Below, piece after piece: positions 13,288 to 28,269 of a stretch of DNA of 64,000 nucleotides. Source of the DNA: Lama guanicoe (taxonomy: Eukaryota); the NCBI GenBank assembly GCA_013239625.1, contig MU053482.1, forward strand, positions 3,015,168 through 3,079,167, in the 5' to 3' direction. The position numbers and the translations under genes are program-made. The notes under the pieces were generated by a model. The model worked only from the letters and a program-made list of their open reading frames with translations. It was not told the DNA's origin and did no database searches. Position 1 is the first letter of the stretch. The number at the start of each line of letters is the position of its first letter.

Positions 13288-14698
13288 GCTGGGAAAACTG
13301 GATATCCATATGAATAATGAAACTGGACTCCTAACTGTGCATATCATACACAAAAATCAACTCAAAATGAATTAAAGACTTGAACATAAGACCTGAAACT
13401 ATAAAACTCCTAGGAGAAAACAGGTGGGAAGCTACTTTACATTATTCTTGGCAATAATTTTTTGGATTTGATACTAAAAGCAAAGGCAACAAAAGCAAAA
13501 ATAAACAAATGGGACTACATCAAACTAAAAAGCTTCTGTACAGCAAGAAAACCATCAACAAAATGAAAAGGGAATCTTATACAATGGGAAAAATATTTGC
13601 AAACCATATATCCAGTAAGAAGTTAATAGCCAATATATTCAAGGAACTCATACAACTCAGTAGCAAAAAATCAAATGACCCAATTAAAAAATGGGCAAAG
13701 GAATTCAACATTTTTCCAAAGAAGACATACAGAGAAGACAAAGAAGGCATGGCCAACAGGTACATAAAAAACTACTCATCACTGATCATTAGGGAAATGC
13801 ACATCAAAACCACAATGAGGTATCACTCATTGTTAGAATGACTATTATCAAAAAGACAAAAAATAAGTGCTGGTGAGGGTGTGTAGAAAAGGGAATGTTT
13901 TTTGGTGGGAATGTGAGTACAGTCACTACGGAAAACAGTGTGGAGATTTCTCAAAAAATTAAAAATATAACTCTCGTATGATCCAGCAATCTCACTTCTG
14001 GATATATATGCAAAGGAAACAATATCATTATCTCGAAGAGACACCTGTACTCTCATGTTCAGTGCAGCATTGTTCACAATAGCCAAGGTGTGGAAGCATC
14101 CATTCAATGGATGAATGGATAAGGAAAATGTGGTTTATATATGCAATGGACTATTATTCAGTCTTAAAAAGAAAAGAAATCCTGCTGTTTGTAATAGCAT
14201 GAATGAACTTGGAAGGGATTATGTAAATGAAATAAGCCAGACAAAGAAAGACAAATACTGCGTGGTATTACTTATAGATGGAATCTGAAAAAAAGCAAAA
14301 ACAACAACAAAAAATTTGAGCTGAGAAACACAGAGTAGAATGATGATTGCCAGAGGCTGGGGCATGGGAGAAGTGGGAAGATGTTGGTAAAAGGGTACAT
14401 ATAAGATGAATAAGTTCTGACACACTAACGTGTAAGATAGTGACTATAGTTGATAATACTGTATCACGTAGTTAAAATTTGCTAAGAAAACAGAACTTGA
14501 CAAAAAAAAAAAAAATAGAACTTAAGTATTCTCACCCCTCCCCCAAAAGGTAAATATGTGAGGTGATGGAGGTGTTAATTAATTCAATTGTGGGACTCCT
14601 TTCACAATATATACTATATTAAGTCATCGTGTTGTATATTTAAACTATATTGCAATTTTATTTGTCAATTATACCTCAATATAGCTGGGAAAAAAAAT
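13288..14698 (+). mobile_element. 5'-truncated L1 (L1MA-like): ORF2 3' end and 3' UTR
   Basis: ORF 13509-13841 ([28 protein letters not shown]). L1MA-type 3' end gtcaattatacctcaatatagctgggaaaaaaaa. Confidence 0.9.
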
Positions 14699-16554
14699 AG
14701 GCCAGGTAGGAAAACACCACATCTTTTTCCTGTATAGGATAGTATCACTGTATATTCTCTATCATCTCTATGGATTTTATAAAATAATCACAGAATACGG
14801 CAAAATATGTGAATCATCTTTTTCTTCCTCACTTATTCCTCACTCCCTTGCTCAGGACACTGCTATGCACAAGAATGTCATCCCCTGTGTCCGAGCACAT
14901 CTGAGTTTCTTTAGCAGAAATGCCTTGAATGTTTCTAAAGACTGTCATGAGGCCCAAGGCAATAAAGTTCAACAGACTTGAGCTGTAATCTTCTCCTAAG
15001 GAAATGGTTGGGATGCCAAGATGCCTTTTGACTTTGATTTCACAGCAGGGTTTCATTTGTAATGATGTTGTCCAAACTTTAAATGACAACAGCTGTGATA
15101 TGAAGTCCCACACACTCATTTATAAAAATTTCCCACAAATTAAAAAAAAATTAAACAATGGGGAATTTCAATCCATGACCAATTAGCAGGGTACAGGCAA
15201 TCATAAAACATTTAGGAGCTATTTATTATCTCACAAAATGTTTACACATTGTAGTGCATTTCTCAAACCTGAGCGCCAGTCAAATGCTGATTGCAAAATA
15301 TAAATATAAAATTCTTTGCAAATCACGTTAGAGACATTCTAATTTAATTAGACTAAAAAATGGAAAAATTTTGAAACAATAAGTACAACTATTGACATAC
15401 CAATAGTATTCGGGAATAGTGCAGTTATCTGTTGGGGAATCAGTCCATAAATGCACATCCTAAAGTCCCCTGTGCTTTGGCCACAAAATAGCAAAGTAGT
15501 TATAGGCATACCAAGCAATTTATAAACTTGCAAGGACTTGAATGCTTATACATGTTTTATTCTAAACTTTGCTATGTGGTTTACCTTCAATTTTCCTCCT
15601 ACAATTGAAGAGTAAGCCCTGAAATCTTAATTTCCAATTACCCTCAATTACATCATAGTTTGGATTTGCATACCTTTGAAGTATCATGGGCAGCATTCCT
15701 TTTTCATGAAACTATGGAATTTCTCAAAAATGATATACTTAAACATTAAAGAAAAAATGAAATTGAAAGGCACAATGTCTTACAAAATTGACTTTTCTAT
15801 AGTTTAGGTAAGACATAGATCGGAATTGTCCAGAACATTGAGAACATTCTTATCTTCTACAGAAGGATAATTAAAACTACAGAAGCTGAAAATACCTTTT
15901 TATATCATGTTATTCTCCTGTTCAAAAATCTCAGCTATGTTCTGATCATTACAGGATACTGACCAAACTCTCCTGCCAGGCTTGTAAGCCCTCTATGGTG
16001 TGGACCCATCTCCGCAACCATCCATATCACCCTCCTGCTATAAACTGCAGCTCTACTCAGTTTGCTTTATCATCTATTTCACATCATCATTAATCCTCCT
16101 AAATCTAAGATCCCCAGAATACCATCCATGCCTTGCCCTGTCGTTTACATTATTCCTCCATGGCACCTCCATATGCACGTCCCCCTGCTTTATGAATGAG
16201 GGGCATTTGAGCTGGACTAGAAGATGAATAGGCTTTTTGGACTAGTTTCTTCTACATCTCTCTCTAATTTTTAAATTTTATATGCCAGTTAATGGCTATT
16301 TTGCATATGGTTTTAATTTCAGTGTCAAAACATATATAAAAGTTAAACATGACAACCTATATATATTCTGATTGGAAATAAAGCCCAATGATTTTGATTT
16401 TAAGAAAAGCATCATATTTTGCCTCAAGAGAAGTTTCTAATATTGAGCTAGCTTATGTTTATTTAAATGGATTTTAAGATTTCTTTTAAATAAACCTGAA
16501 GAAATGTTATTATTATGGTTATAGACCAAACACTATTTCACTGTTTAAAGACTA

Positions 16555-16720
16555 TGTGTAGTATATTGGAAAAAGCACAGGACTGAACACCATTAAGACC
16601 ATATTCTTATTCATAGTATGTTACTGTCTGGTTCTGTGATCTTGAGTAAATTACTTTACCTCTCTGGACCTGAGTTTCTTAATCTAGAAACGGATTTGGA
16701 TTCAGTGACCGCTAGGACCT
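16555..16720 (+). mobile_element. MIR-family SINE
   Basis: ggaaaaagcacaggact...ctgtgatcttgagtaaattactttacctctctggacctgagtttctt. Confidence 0.65.
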
Positions 16721-19700
16721 TTACTTTTATATCTTCCTTGTCAAAACCCTCTTGAATTTCATTTCTTATTTCAACTGGTTCAATTATTAAAATATTCATC
16801 AAGAAAGGGAATAACTCTTTTTTGCGGCTATCTAGGCAAATATCCTCTGCAAATACTTTGGCTACAAGGGTAGATTCCAGAGGCCAGTTGCATGAAGTTT
16901 ACAGAACACAATGTTAGGCTCAAAACGTGTTCATGACAAACCACATCAGGAAAGAGTGTCCTTAAAAATTACTTCATCTCTAACGAGAAATGTCTCAAGA
17001 GGCCGTGGCAGTGATTAAAACCTTGGCTGAACAACTTTCTTTTTGATGCATTATTGATAGAAAAGTCATTCCTCAAACTGCAAAACCTGCTCTGAAATAT
17101 ACTCTAATTAAACACCACCAACAACACCACAGATAAGGGCAGAATTGCACTTCACAATGGAGAGCCTAAGAGATTTAAATCAAGTGGAAGAATTTTTGCT
17201 ACAATGAGACAGACTTCACGGGGAGGTGAGACTCTGAAAACACGGTGACAATATTTCAGTCCAAATATAATTCTCAGTGCACAGGAAAATAAGGGCAACT
17301 GTTTATTATGGTTGTAAAATTTTGAACCTGTCAAAAAGTTGAGTAACCTTAAAGAATGTAAAGTTATACAAAAAGGGGCATGTCTTCTTGACTCCAAAAC
17401 AGGTTGTAGACCATTTTCTAGCCTGGATCTTCCAGGCACATGGTTGTCATGCTTTGAACTGCAGGAGAAGGGATCTAGCAGTGACCCTTCGTAATATACC
17501 ATATTACTGCCAAGTGTCAGTATGTAATTGATTTTCCTCACCTTGTTAAAAGTGCAACTCTAATTCCTGGCCCCAAATGCCTGCCTAAAGTTCAGCCAGA
17601 TATTGCAGTGAGATCCAGGCTAAGTGAATGACAATGAAGTATGAAGTGTAACCCGGACACAGAGTTCATTATCTTGTGGTGATAATTTCATAGGTGTACA
17701 TATACATGTTTAAAAAATTATCAAGTTTGTACACTTGAAATATGTTCAGTTCATTATATGTTAAAAATTTACTTTAAAATGTTACAAAAAACTATCATCA
17801 GTGCAATGGTAAGAGTATATAAGGTATGAGTAAAGTGGCCATTTCTACCTGAGCAAGACCTGAAAGATAAAAGCTGAGCTGAGGCTTGAATGATATCTCC
17901 ACCAGATATGAGGGAAACTGAAGGGTAATAGGCATTGTAGGACAAAAAAGTTGAACAAAGGTACAAAGGCAAAACACAGTTTGGTCACTGTACTGTAAAG
18001 AAGGTGGCTGAGTGGAATTTAAACTGGTTGGGATGACATGTGGTGATATATATAAAGCTAGAAAGAAACACATAGCTTTGATGTCATCTAAGACATTTTA
18101 ACCTTACTTGGTAAGTGACTAAAGTGAAAATTTTATATACATCTGAATTTGCTTTCTCCTAAAACTCCACTTAAATTATAGTAGACATACTATTTTCTCA
18201 ATGTAATCCCTATCAAAATTCCAAAGGTACTTTTCACAGAAATAGAATAAATAATACTAAAATTTCTATGGAAAGACAAAAGACCCCAAAGAGCCAAAGC
18301 AATCTTGAGAAAGAAGAACAAAGCTGGAGGTGTCATGCTCCCTGGTTTGCAGGACACCAGACCCAACTGAAGCCGGGTGTACCATACTGAAAATGAGTGA
18401 AATTAAGTAAATATATTACATACTGAATGTTAAGACACCTACCCCTGTTACTCTACTGGGCTCCTAGAACTCTGGCAGCCAGGTTTTTACATTCCAGGTG
18501 GAAGACAAGAAGATTATTTTCCGGGAAATCTGAACAACTCTCTTTCCACCACCCCCCCAAAATTAAAGATACTGATATTGAGGGTTCCCCTATAAACAGA
18601 CAGTCAAATACTACCAGACATCCAAGCAAAGCTTCTAACATAAAGGACAAAGACCAAAAGAAAAAATTGTCCAAAAAAACTATGGAGAGATAGAAATCAT
18701 GCAACTCTCAATATCCTCAGACAGATATGTGAAGTTATTACATTCATGAAACAAAATCAGAGTATCAAAAAAAAAAGAGAATATTCAAAGATTAAAAGTA
18801 TCCTTGGGTATAAAAACATGATAGCTGAAATGTAAAATTTAATAGAAGGATTGGAAGATAATGTTGAGGTAATTTCCCAGAGGATAAAGCAAAAAGGCAG
18901 AGGCAGAAAATAAAAGAAAATAAAATTAGAAGACTGGTCTGAGAAGGTCAACATCAGAACAGTATAAATCCCAGAAGAACAAATTGAGAAAATAAAGGAA
19001 AGGAAATCAAAGAAAATAACTGAAGAAAACGGCCCAGAATTTAAGACAGGAACTTCCAGATTGAAAGGGCCTAACAAGTTTCCAGCACAAAACATACAAT
19101 TAGCCCAATGACATCAGGGAACATTATTGTGAAATTTTAGAAGACTGGAGTCAAAGAGAAGATCCTACAAATTTCCATAGAGGAAAAACACAAGTTTCAT
19201 AGGAATGGTAAAGGAATGCAAGCATGATTCAGTGAGGGGAATTTATCAACTTAATCCATTTTATCAACAAATTAAGGGAGAGAAAACCATATAATTATAA
19301 TAGGTGCTGAAAAGCCATAAAAATATTTATCAGTCAATACATATAATATAACTAAGTAAAACAGAAATAGAAGAAAGCTAGCAAGCTATAGTAAGGAATG
19401 TTCACTAAAGCCAAATAATAAGTATTACCCTAAATGACAAAACACTAACCACTTCAATCAGGAATGAGACAGGGATGACTTCTATGAGATTTTTATTTAA
19501 CACTGTCTTGGAGGTTCTGGCAAACAGAATGAGACATGAAAATGAAATTCATAAATGGTGTAAACATTGTCAAAGAAATAAAACCATCTTTTGGGGGGAC
19601 TAGTACTACTGGATGCCTAGAAAACCCAAGACACTGTAATAGAAAACTGAAATTAATAAGATAATTTGGTAAAATGGATAGATATGAAATAAATATACAA

Positions 19701-19875
19701 AATCAACAGCTTTAATTTATTTTAGTAAAAAGTTACTAGAAATGGAAATGGGAAAAGCAATCCACAATAGTAATATAAACTATCAAGTACTAGGGAATAC
19801 TACATTTAACAAAGCAAAAAATTTATAAGACAAAAACTTTAAAAGCTTATTGAATGGCATAAAACAGAAATTGAA

Positions 19876-21325
19876 AAACTGGACAGCACATGTAAATCAA
19901 TGAAGTTAGAACACTTCCTTACACCATACAAAAAAATAAACTCAAAATACATCAAAGACTCAAACATAAGACAAGATACAATAAACTTCCTAGAAGAAAA
20001 TATAGGCAAAACATTATCTCACATACATCTCAAAAATGTTCTCCTAGGGCAGTCTACCCAAGCAATAGAAATAAAAGCAAGAATAAACAAATGGGACCTA
20101 ATTAAACCTACAAGCTTCTGCACAGCAAAGGAAACCATAAGTAAAACAGAACAACAACCTACAGAATGGAAGAAACTTTTGGCAAAAGATGAAACCGACA
20201 AAAGCTTGATCTCCAGAATACATAAGCAGCTCATACGACTTAATAAGAAAAACAAACAACCCAATCCAAAAAAGGGCAAAAGACCTAAACAAGCAATTCT
20301 CCAAGGAAGAAATACAAATGATCAATAGGCACGTGAAAAAATGCTCAATATCACTACTTATCAGAGAAATGCAAATCAAAACTACAATGAGGTATCACCT
20401 CACACCAGTCATAATCGCCATCATTCAAAAGTCCACAAATGACAAATGCTGGAGAGGCTGTGGAGAAAGGGGAACCCTCCTACACTGCTGGTGGGAATGT
20501 AGTATGGTGCAGCCACTGTGGAAAACACTGTGGAGATTCCTCAAAAGACTAGGAATAGACTTACCATAGGACCCAGGAATCCCACTCTTGGGCATATATC
20601 CAGAAGGAACCCTACTTCAGGATGACACCTGCACCCCAATGTTCATAGCAGCACTATTTACAATAGCCAAAACATGGAAACAGCCTAAATGTCCATCAAC
20701 AGGTGACTGGATAAAGAAGATGTGGTATATTTATACAATAGAATACTACTCAGCCATAAAAACCAACAACATTGCAGCAACTGTCCCTGGAGAATGTCAT
20801 TCTAAGTGAAGTAAGCCAGAAACAGAAAGAAGAATACCATATGAGATTGCTCATATGTGGAATCTAAAAAACAAAAACAAACAAACAAAGAAACAAACAA
20901 AAAAGTGTAAATACAGGACAGAAATAGACTCATAAACATAGAATACAGACTTGTGGTTGCCAGGGGGGCGGAGGGTGGGAAGGGATAGACTGGGATTTCA
21001 GAATTGTATAATAGATAAACAAGATTATACTGTATAGCACAGGAAAACATACACAAAATCTTATGGTAGCTCACAGAGAAAAAATGTGACCATGAGTGTG
21101 TATATGTCCATGTATGACTGAAAAATTGTGCTGAACACTGGAATTTGACACAACGTTGTAAAATGATTATAAATCAATAAAAAATGTTAAAAAAAAGTTG
21201 CGGTAGCTCACAGCAAAAAAAAAATGTGACAATGAATATATGTATGTTCATGTATAACTGAAAAATTGTGGAATTTGAAACAACATTGTAAAATGACTAT
21301 AACTCAATAAAAAATGTTAAAAAAA
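19876..21325 (+). mobile_element. Young lineage-specific L1, 5'-truncated, with duplicated 3' terminus
   Basis: Low-divergence ORF2 C-terminus ([53 protein letters not shown]), then 3' UTR and two successive 3' ends. Confidence 0.93.
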
Positions 21326-22785
21326 TTAAAATGGACTAGTTGTGGGTTGGGAAGACTTAATACAATAAAATATTAATTCTCCCCAAATTAACATAAAAAT
21401 TAAATGCAATTTCAATTGGTTTGCATTCTCAACTCTAACTTAATTTTGGGGGGGGGATTGAGTATTATTATCTTACTATTTATATGAAAGAACCAATGGC
21501 CAGGAATTGCAAAAAAAGAAAAATTAAGTATCACTGTAGGATAATTTGTCTTATCAGGTATCAGAACATAATAGAGTTCCTTAAATCAATACAGTACTGG
21601 TTTAAATATACATAAACATCCATGTTGGAACAACAAATCCAGAAATAAGTTACTATATATATGAGAATTCAATATATGACAAATGTGGTAATTCAATTCA
21701 GCAGGAAAGCTATGAATTATTTAATTAAAGTTGTGCTGACATTAACTGGTTATCCTTTTGGAAGAAAATAAAACTGGACACTTGTGATATACTACGTAAT
21801 TATAAAAAGATTCCGTATGGAATAAGAATCTTGCAAAAACATTTAGATAATATGTATATCTTGGGAATGAAAAAAGGTTGTTAAATTAGAATGAAGATAC
21901 AGAGCCTTTAAAAAAAGAAGAGCCAAAATTTGAGCAAAAAATTAAGTTTTTCTATGGCAAAAAATAAAGCCAACAGATAAATGAATGTGTTTGGGAAAAA
22001 ATTATAAAGGACAATAGGTATATTAAACAAAGTCTTCTTATGCAATGGCTAGAAAAAGTCAACCCAAAAGAAAAATGGACAAGAGGTATGCATAAGCAAG
22101 TCACAAAAGAACAACTCCACAAATTCAAAAAGGTCAAACAAACATATAAACTTATGCTAAAATTCAGTAATAGGCAAAGAATTGCAAACCAAAGAAACAA
22201 TGAGATTAGCTGATTAATTGGTTGACTAGTTGATTCATTCATTTCTGATTCACACATTCAACAAGTATTTACTGAAAATTTCCATGGGTCAGGCACTATT
22301 CTACTGGGGATTAGAAGTAAACCAAACAAAGTCCTTTATACATAATTTTTGCTATATCATTTTTGCCTATCTGTTAAATAGAAAACATTGAAAAGAGCAA
22401 CTGAATCTATTGCTGGCCAGGATGGGACAAAGGAAATACTCCCAATAAATGTTGGCAGAAACATGAAATGTAACAGCCTTTTTGAAAATAATCTGGAAAT
22501 ACCTATTGAAACTAAATATATACATATATTATACTTTATATTACACACACACACACACATACACACTTCTATCAAGCAATTTTATCTCTAGGAATCTAAC
22601 CCACAGAAATACAAAACTACTGGTAAACAAAGACAGATGCACAAGCTTGTTTACTGAAGCTTTGTTTAAGGTGGGAAAAAAAACTGAACGGAGAGTGATT
22701 TCCCATCAATTGGGAGATACTTCCAAAAAATTGGGTTACAGTCACACCATGAAATATTATGCAGTAATTTAAAAGAATGTCTTAC

Positions 22786-23340
22786 AGCCCTGGTTCTTAA
22801 ACCATGGGATGAGTCACTCTTGGGTGCTATACTGAAATCACAGGAGTGACATGCTATAACTATAATGTTCAGGGGAAACACAGCATCTTTCAACATTTTT
22901 TGACATTGTATGAACAACTAGCTTGAGATAATTCATGGTTTCAACATTAGATTGTGTTACATTACTATCAACAACATTTATTTGTGACCCTGGGTATTCA
23001 GTGGTTGCTGTGATTTAAAACCAAGTACTATGCTACAAGCAAATGGAACAGGATACATAGGCAGTGCAAATCATGGTTTGAGCAGCAGTACGTAACAGAA
23101 GCACACATTCCATCAGTAAATGACCGCAGTTACTTAAAAATGAAAAAAAGTACTAATTTTTTCAATTTATGTGTATTTTTTCAACTGGTTATTCAGTTGC
23201 AAGGACATAAATACATATTAAGTTGGTCCTAACTGTTTAATAAGTAAAGCTGTTAGGTATTTCTTTCAGCTCAAGGGGCACCAAGAAAAAATTGCTGAGA
23301 TACTAAGCATGATGAATTCAGGAGATTTGGGAACCTCTAA
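22786..23340. mobile_element. Probable hAT-Charlie DNA transposon relic
   Basis: Ends ctggttcttaaacc... and ...gatttgggaacctct resemble Charlie terminal inverted repeats, and the segment interrupts old L1 sequence. Confidence 0.45.
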
Positions 23341-26300
23341 CAGAATAAAATTAAAAAGTAGACAAAAGGGAATAATATAAATAGAGCAGAAATTAAACAG
23401 AAAACAAAAATACAAAGGCAAAGGGCTTGGAGAGTAATAAAACTGGCAAAGCCAATTATAAAAAAGAAATTTTCTTCTTAAAAAAAGAAGGAAAAAAAAT
23501 CAACAGACAAATTCCTAAGAAAAAATTACCAAACTCAAGAAAAATAAAAAGTTTCTGTAGTCTATAATTAGAAATTTAAAGTACTCCTACAAAGAAAACA
23601 CTAAGTTCAGATGGCTTTACTAATGAGCTCTAACAAACTTTCAAGGGACATGCTATTTCAGTCTAGCAAGCACTATATCAGAGAGAGATACACAGGAATA
23701 CTTGCCATGTCCTATTCTGAAACTAAGTATAATCTTGCTCCGATATGAGTCAAGGACAATATGAGGAATTATAGGCTAATCTCAATCACAGAAACAATCA
23801 TGGGAAAAATGCCTAACATATCAAGTCCAACAATCCATAAAAACAACTGACAGCTGCAGAAAAGGCATTTCATAAAATTCAACACCTATTAATGATAAAA
23901 ACCCTTAACAAACTAGGAATAGAAGAGGACTTTTTAACCTGATATAGGACATCTATTAAAACCTTTTAGCAAATATAAAGCTCAATAACTAAACTTTAAA
24001 AGACAAGTGCTATCAACCTCTATTTAGTGTTACACTATAAATCTTTGCCAGTCAATAAGAAAAATAAGTAAAATGTATAAAAGTTTCAAAAATAAGGTGA
24101 AAACCATTACTATTCCTGGGTCATATGAGTGCCAACATAAAGAACCAAAAAGAATATGCAGACAAATTATTAGAATTAAGGAAGTCTGCAATATTAATGA
24201 ATAAATTTACCAGAAAAGAGCAATCAGAATATGTAATTTTGAAAGGTACCACTGACAATAGCAACAACGGTAAAAACAAAAAGAGTAACAAGGAATATAG
24301 CTAACAAAGGATGTATAAAATCTTCATGGATAAAATCATGAAATGTTTTTAAAAGACATTAAAGGCTTATATACATTAAGAAATATACCACGTTTATCCA
24401 TCGGAAGACTTGCAAAAATGTCAGTTCTTCCTTAAATTAGTATATGAATTCAATGTAGTTTTAATCAAAGTCCCAATAGGGTTTCTCATGGAATCCAATA
24501 AAGTGATTTTAAAATTATATAGAAAAACAAGGGGCAAAGAATAGGCAAGATATTTCTTAGGAAGATATAGCATGGGGACTTGCCTCACAGATTAAAGTTT
24601 ATTATAAGCTTTAATGAAGACTATGTGATGGTTTTGTGAAAACAGGCTAATAGATTAACAGAAAAGAAATCCTGAATAGACCCATATACTTATAGAAATG
24701 TAATGTATGAAGACGAGGCCATAGCAAATCACTGGAGAAAGGATATATTATTAAATAAATCATTCTGTGGGCAACTGTATATACACTTTGAAAAAAAAAA
24801 ACCCCACATCTCTACCTCAAACAATCCACAAAAAGTCAATTTCAGATAAAAGACTTAAATATGAAAGGTAAAATTATTAAATTTTTTAAGGGAATATGAG
24901 AATATTTTATGACTTCATTGTAGGGAAGGATATCTTGTACAAGACATAAAAAAGTTCAGACTATAAAGAAAATGATTAATGAAGCTAACCATATTAAAAT
25001 TACAAACTTACATTCATCAAAAGGTGTCAGAAAGACAAGGTAAAGACAATCACAATCTAGGAAGAGATACAACGTGAAAGACTGGTGTTCAGAACACACT
25101 AAGAATTCCTATAAATCAATGAGAAAAAGATAAACAATTCAAAAGAAAAAAGGGCAAAAGAAGCAAACAGGCATCTCCTTACACAGAAAACATGCAAAGC
25201 CAATCAACATGAAAAATGATTCCACTTTATTAGCTATCAAAGAAATGCAAATTATAACTACAATGATACACATTTATATGAATATGGTCTTTATATGATC
25301 ACCAGATTGTCAGAAATTAAAAATTAAGAATTTTTTAATACCAAAAGTTGGCAAGGATGTGAAGTAACAGAAACCCTCATACATTGTTGCAAAAATGTGT
25401 ATTTTAAAGATATTGCAAAGATATTTTAGAAAATAATTTGTCATAATCTATAAAGTTGAAGTTGCACATACTCTTGATTCAGCAATTCCATCCCTGTGTG
25501 TTTATTTAAGAGAAATTCTTACACAAGTGCATCACTGAATAAAATGGTCATTACAACACTGTTTTCAGTTACAACACTGTTTTCATTGCCAGGGCAATGA
25601 AACAGTCCAAATATCCTTCAACAGTAGAATGGATTCATACAGCAGTGAATAAATAAACCATAACTACAAGCATCATCATGGATGAGCATTATGACCAGTT
25701 GCTCAATAAATACTTTTTGTATCAATGAAAAAACAGGATGATTCCAATTACATGAAGGTCAAAACAGGCAAAACTAAACTGAATTACATTTTAAGAGTTC
25801 ATATATGGGGTAATACCATGAGGAAAAGCAAAGGAATCAATGACACCAATTCAGGAGAGTAGCTGTAAGGGGGAGGAAAAGGAGGAGCCGTTGAGTGGAG
25901 CTCCCAAGGACTTGAACATTAATGTTCTATTTCTTAAACTAGATGTTGAGTACATGTGTCTATGTTTCATTGTTACTCTTTAAACAATACGTATGTCAAA
26001 AATACTATATACTTCACAAACAGAATTTTGTTAGGTCACACAATGACTACCTGAAAACAAGGTCAAGTTGAGATGCAGAATGGATAACAATTCACAAAGT
26101 TTACATACTAGCTAAGTGTTTCACTAGCACATACTAGCACTGCATGTACAGCTCATATTTCTGCCTCAGCAAAAATACAATTTACTATGTATCATGGATT
26201 CTCTTCCAATAGTCAACATATAGAATGTAAAACCTGTGACTGTCAGCAGTCTGTTAAATCTCCATTAAAAGCCCCTGAGATATGTTTGGTAAACACTCAA

Positions 26301-26576
26301 TGAAATCTGATATAACTAAGATAATCTATTTTAAATTCCATTTGCAAAAGCAATTATCTTATTGCCCAGAATATTTTAAAATTATAGTTGGTCTTTTCTG
26401 CACATTTACACAGATGTAACTGAGATAAGTAAAATACAACAAACTTGCAGAAAATGAAGTGTCACTTCAGAGTTTTCCTGACCTGTATCAGAAGTTGTCT
26501 CAGGATAAAAGCAACCTAAGGATGGAAATCTGGAGTTGGTTCTTTGATTTGATTAGATTCAAAAGCATAATAATTG

Positions 26577-26920
26577 GGGGGGGGGTGAACAGGTAAAAGA
26601 TTTTAAGGATAGTGAAAATACTCTGTATAATACCATAATGATGGATTCATCTCATTATACATTTGTACACACCCAATGAATGTACAGCACCAAGAGTGAA
26701 CCACAGTGTAAACTATGGACTCTGGTGAATATGATGTGTCAATTCAGGTTCATTGATTATAACAAATGTACCACACTGGTGAGAAATGCTGATATGGGGA
26801 GGTGATGCATGTATGGGCACAGGGGATGTATGGAAAATCTCTATACCATCCCCTCAATTTTACTGGGTTCGTAAAACTGTTCTTAAAAAATAAAGTATTA
26901 ATAAAAGTAATTATTAAAAA
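26577..26920 (+). mobile_element. L1MC-type 3' end
   Basis: gtacagcaccaagagtgaacc...gtaaactatggact...aacaaatgtaccacactggtg...aataaagt. Degraded TSD caaaagcataata / caaaaagcattaata. Confidence 0.8.
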
Positions 26921-28269
26921 CAAAAAGCATTAATAAATCTTTTCCCAGTGGTTACTGGGAAAATGGTAGTCCCTGGCACTCAGTGGCAAAACAGTTATTT
27001 AAATTAATACCTATAGACAACCATAATCAAGTGCCTGTTACAGATAACCAAGTAATTGTTGCCATAAATATTTTAGTTCAAATAAGGGGAACAATGAGGC
27101 TAATCCATTGTATCAAAGTGCACTAGAGAATTTGGAGGGAGATCATAATAAGCTCTGGATGTTAATCACAAGGTTCAGGTAAGGGACCAGAAATTTTCTG
27201 TGACTACTCTAAAAGATAAATCAAGTAAGATCTTGTAGCTGCAGAGTTGAGAGAGATCTCTATCTCCTCCCTCTTCCTCCCCTCTTTCCTCCTCCCTCTC
27301 TCCTTCCCTCCCCCACTCCCTCCCTCATGCCATGCACCCCCCACCCCGCCCAAATGCTGGGTCATATGGTATGTATATTACTGTTGACTAAGTACCACCT
27401 GACTGCTCTTCAAAATGACTGTACCTCTGTATCTTTCCTCTCACCAGCAATATATGAGGATTCCTATATTGCCACATCCCTACCAACACTTCACATTATT
27501 CTACTTTCTAATTTTTGCCAGCCTGAGTAGGAGTATAAAGAGTTATTGTTTTAATTTGCATATATCCTTAGAGCTTCTAGAATTCTCTCTTTTATAAAGA
27601 GTCTGTTCATCTGTTTTTTTTTTTCATTTTTCCATTGGCATTGCTGTTTTATTCTTGGTGACTTACAGAAATTCTTTGTACATTATATTATTTCCTTGTT
27701 GATTTTAGACATAGTAAAACAACCTATTGATTAACATCCATATATTAACTTCATCCATGTTGTCCTTCATTGATTAAAAAGTCAATAACTTAAGAAATAC
27801 ATCTGGCTTTTTCTTTGTATTATTGTATTTATGTTTTAAATTTTAAGAATTTCTTCCCTGACCCTAGGTCACAAGAATATTCATCTTTATTTCTTCTATT
27901 ACCTTTAAAGTTTTACCCTTACCTTCAGATGTTTAATCTATCTGGAGAAAATCTTTATATATGTTGCTATCTAGGAATGTTTTATTTCTCTTCATATAGT
28001 GATCCACCTTTCCCAACAGCATCTACTACACAAGCTCTCCTTTTTCCACTGATTTGTGACACCTATTAAGTTCCCATAAACCCTTGAGTCTGTCTTTATG
28101 TGATCTATTCTATTTCATTGGTTTATTAGCCTGGTCATGTTCTAATACAACACTGGTTCTACTATTATGATTTGATATCTGGTAGGGAAAGTCCCCTTTC
28201 CTAAGTTCTTCATGTTTTTACATATAAGTTTTAGAAGAATAATATCAAGTTACTAAAAAATTGCAACTA

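Larger units (their letters stand above)
18190..26020 (+). mobile_element. Cluster of long degraded ancient L1 (L1M/L1ME) sequence hosting younger insertions
   Basis: Ordered remnants of ORF1 (18700-19200), ORF2 (19240-19875, 21326-22770, 23340-25500) and a 3' UTR (to ~26020), all on the + strand. Confidence 0.7.

Noticed and set aside
17152..17541. 129-aa minus-strand ORF as an extra SBF2 exon
   Set aside because: The SBF2 protein is already continuous from exon 41012-41161 to exon 8574-8642, and I see no similarity to a known protein.
25551..25585. Direct repeat ttacaacactgttttca x2 (similar short duplications near 7452, 38451 and 38853)
   Set aside because: Two-copy slippage duplications only; not an array or a CRISPR-like structure.
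26043..26075. Possible recursive splice site ccttgttttcAG|GTagtc in the 32-kb intron
   Set aside because: The regenerated donor GTAGTC is a poor match to GTRAG, and such motifs are expected by chance.
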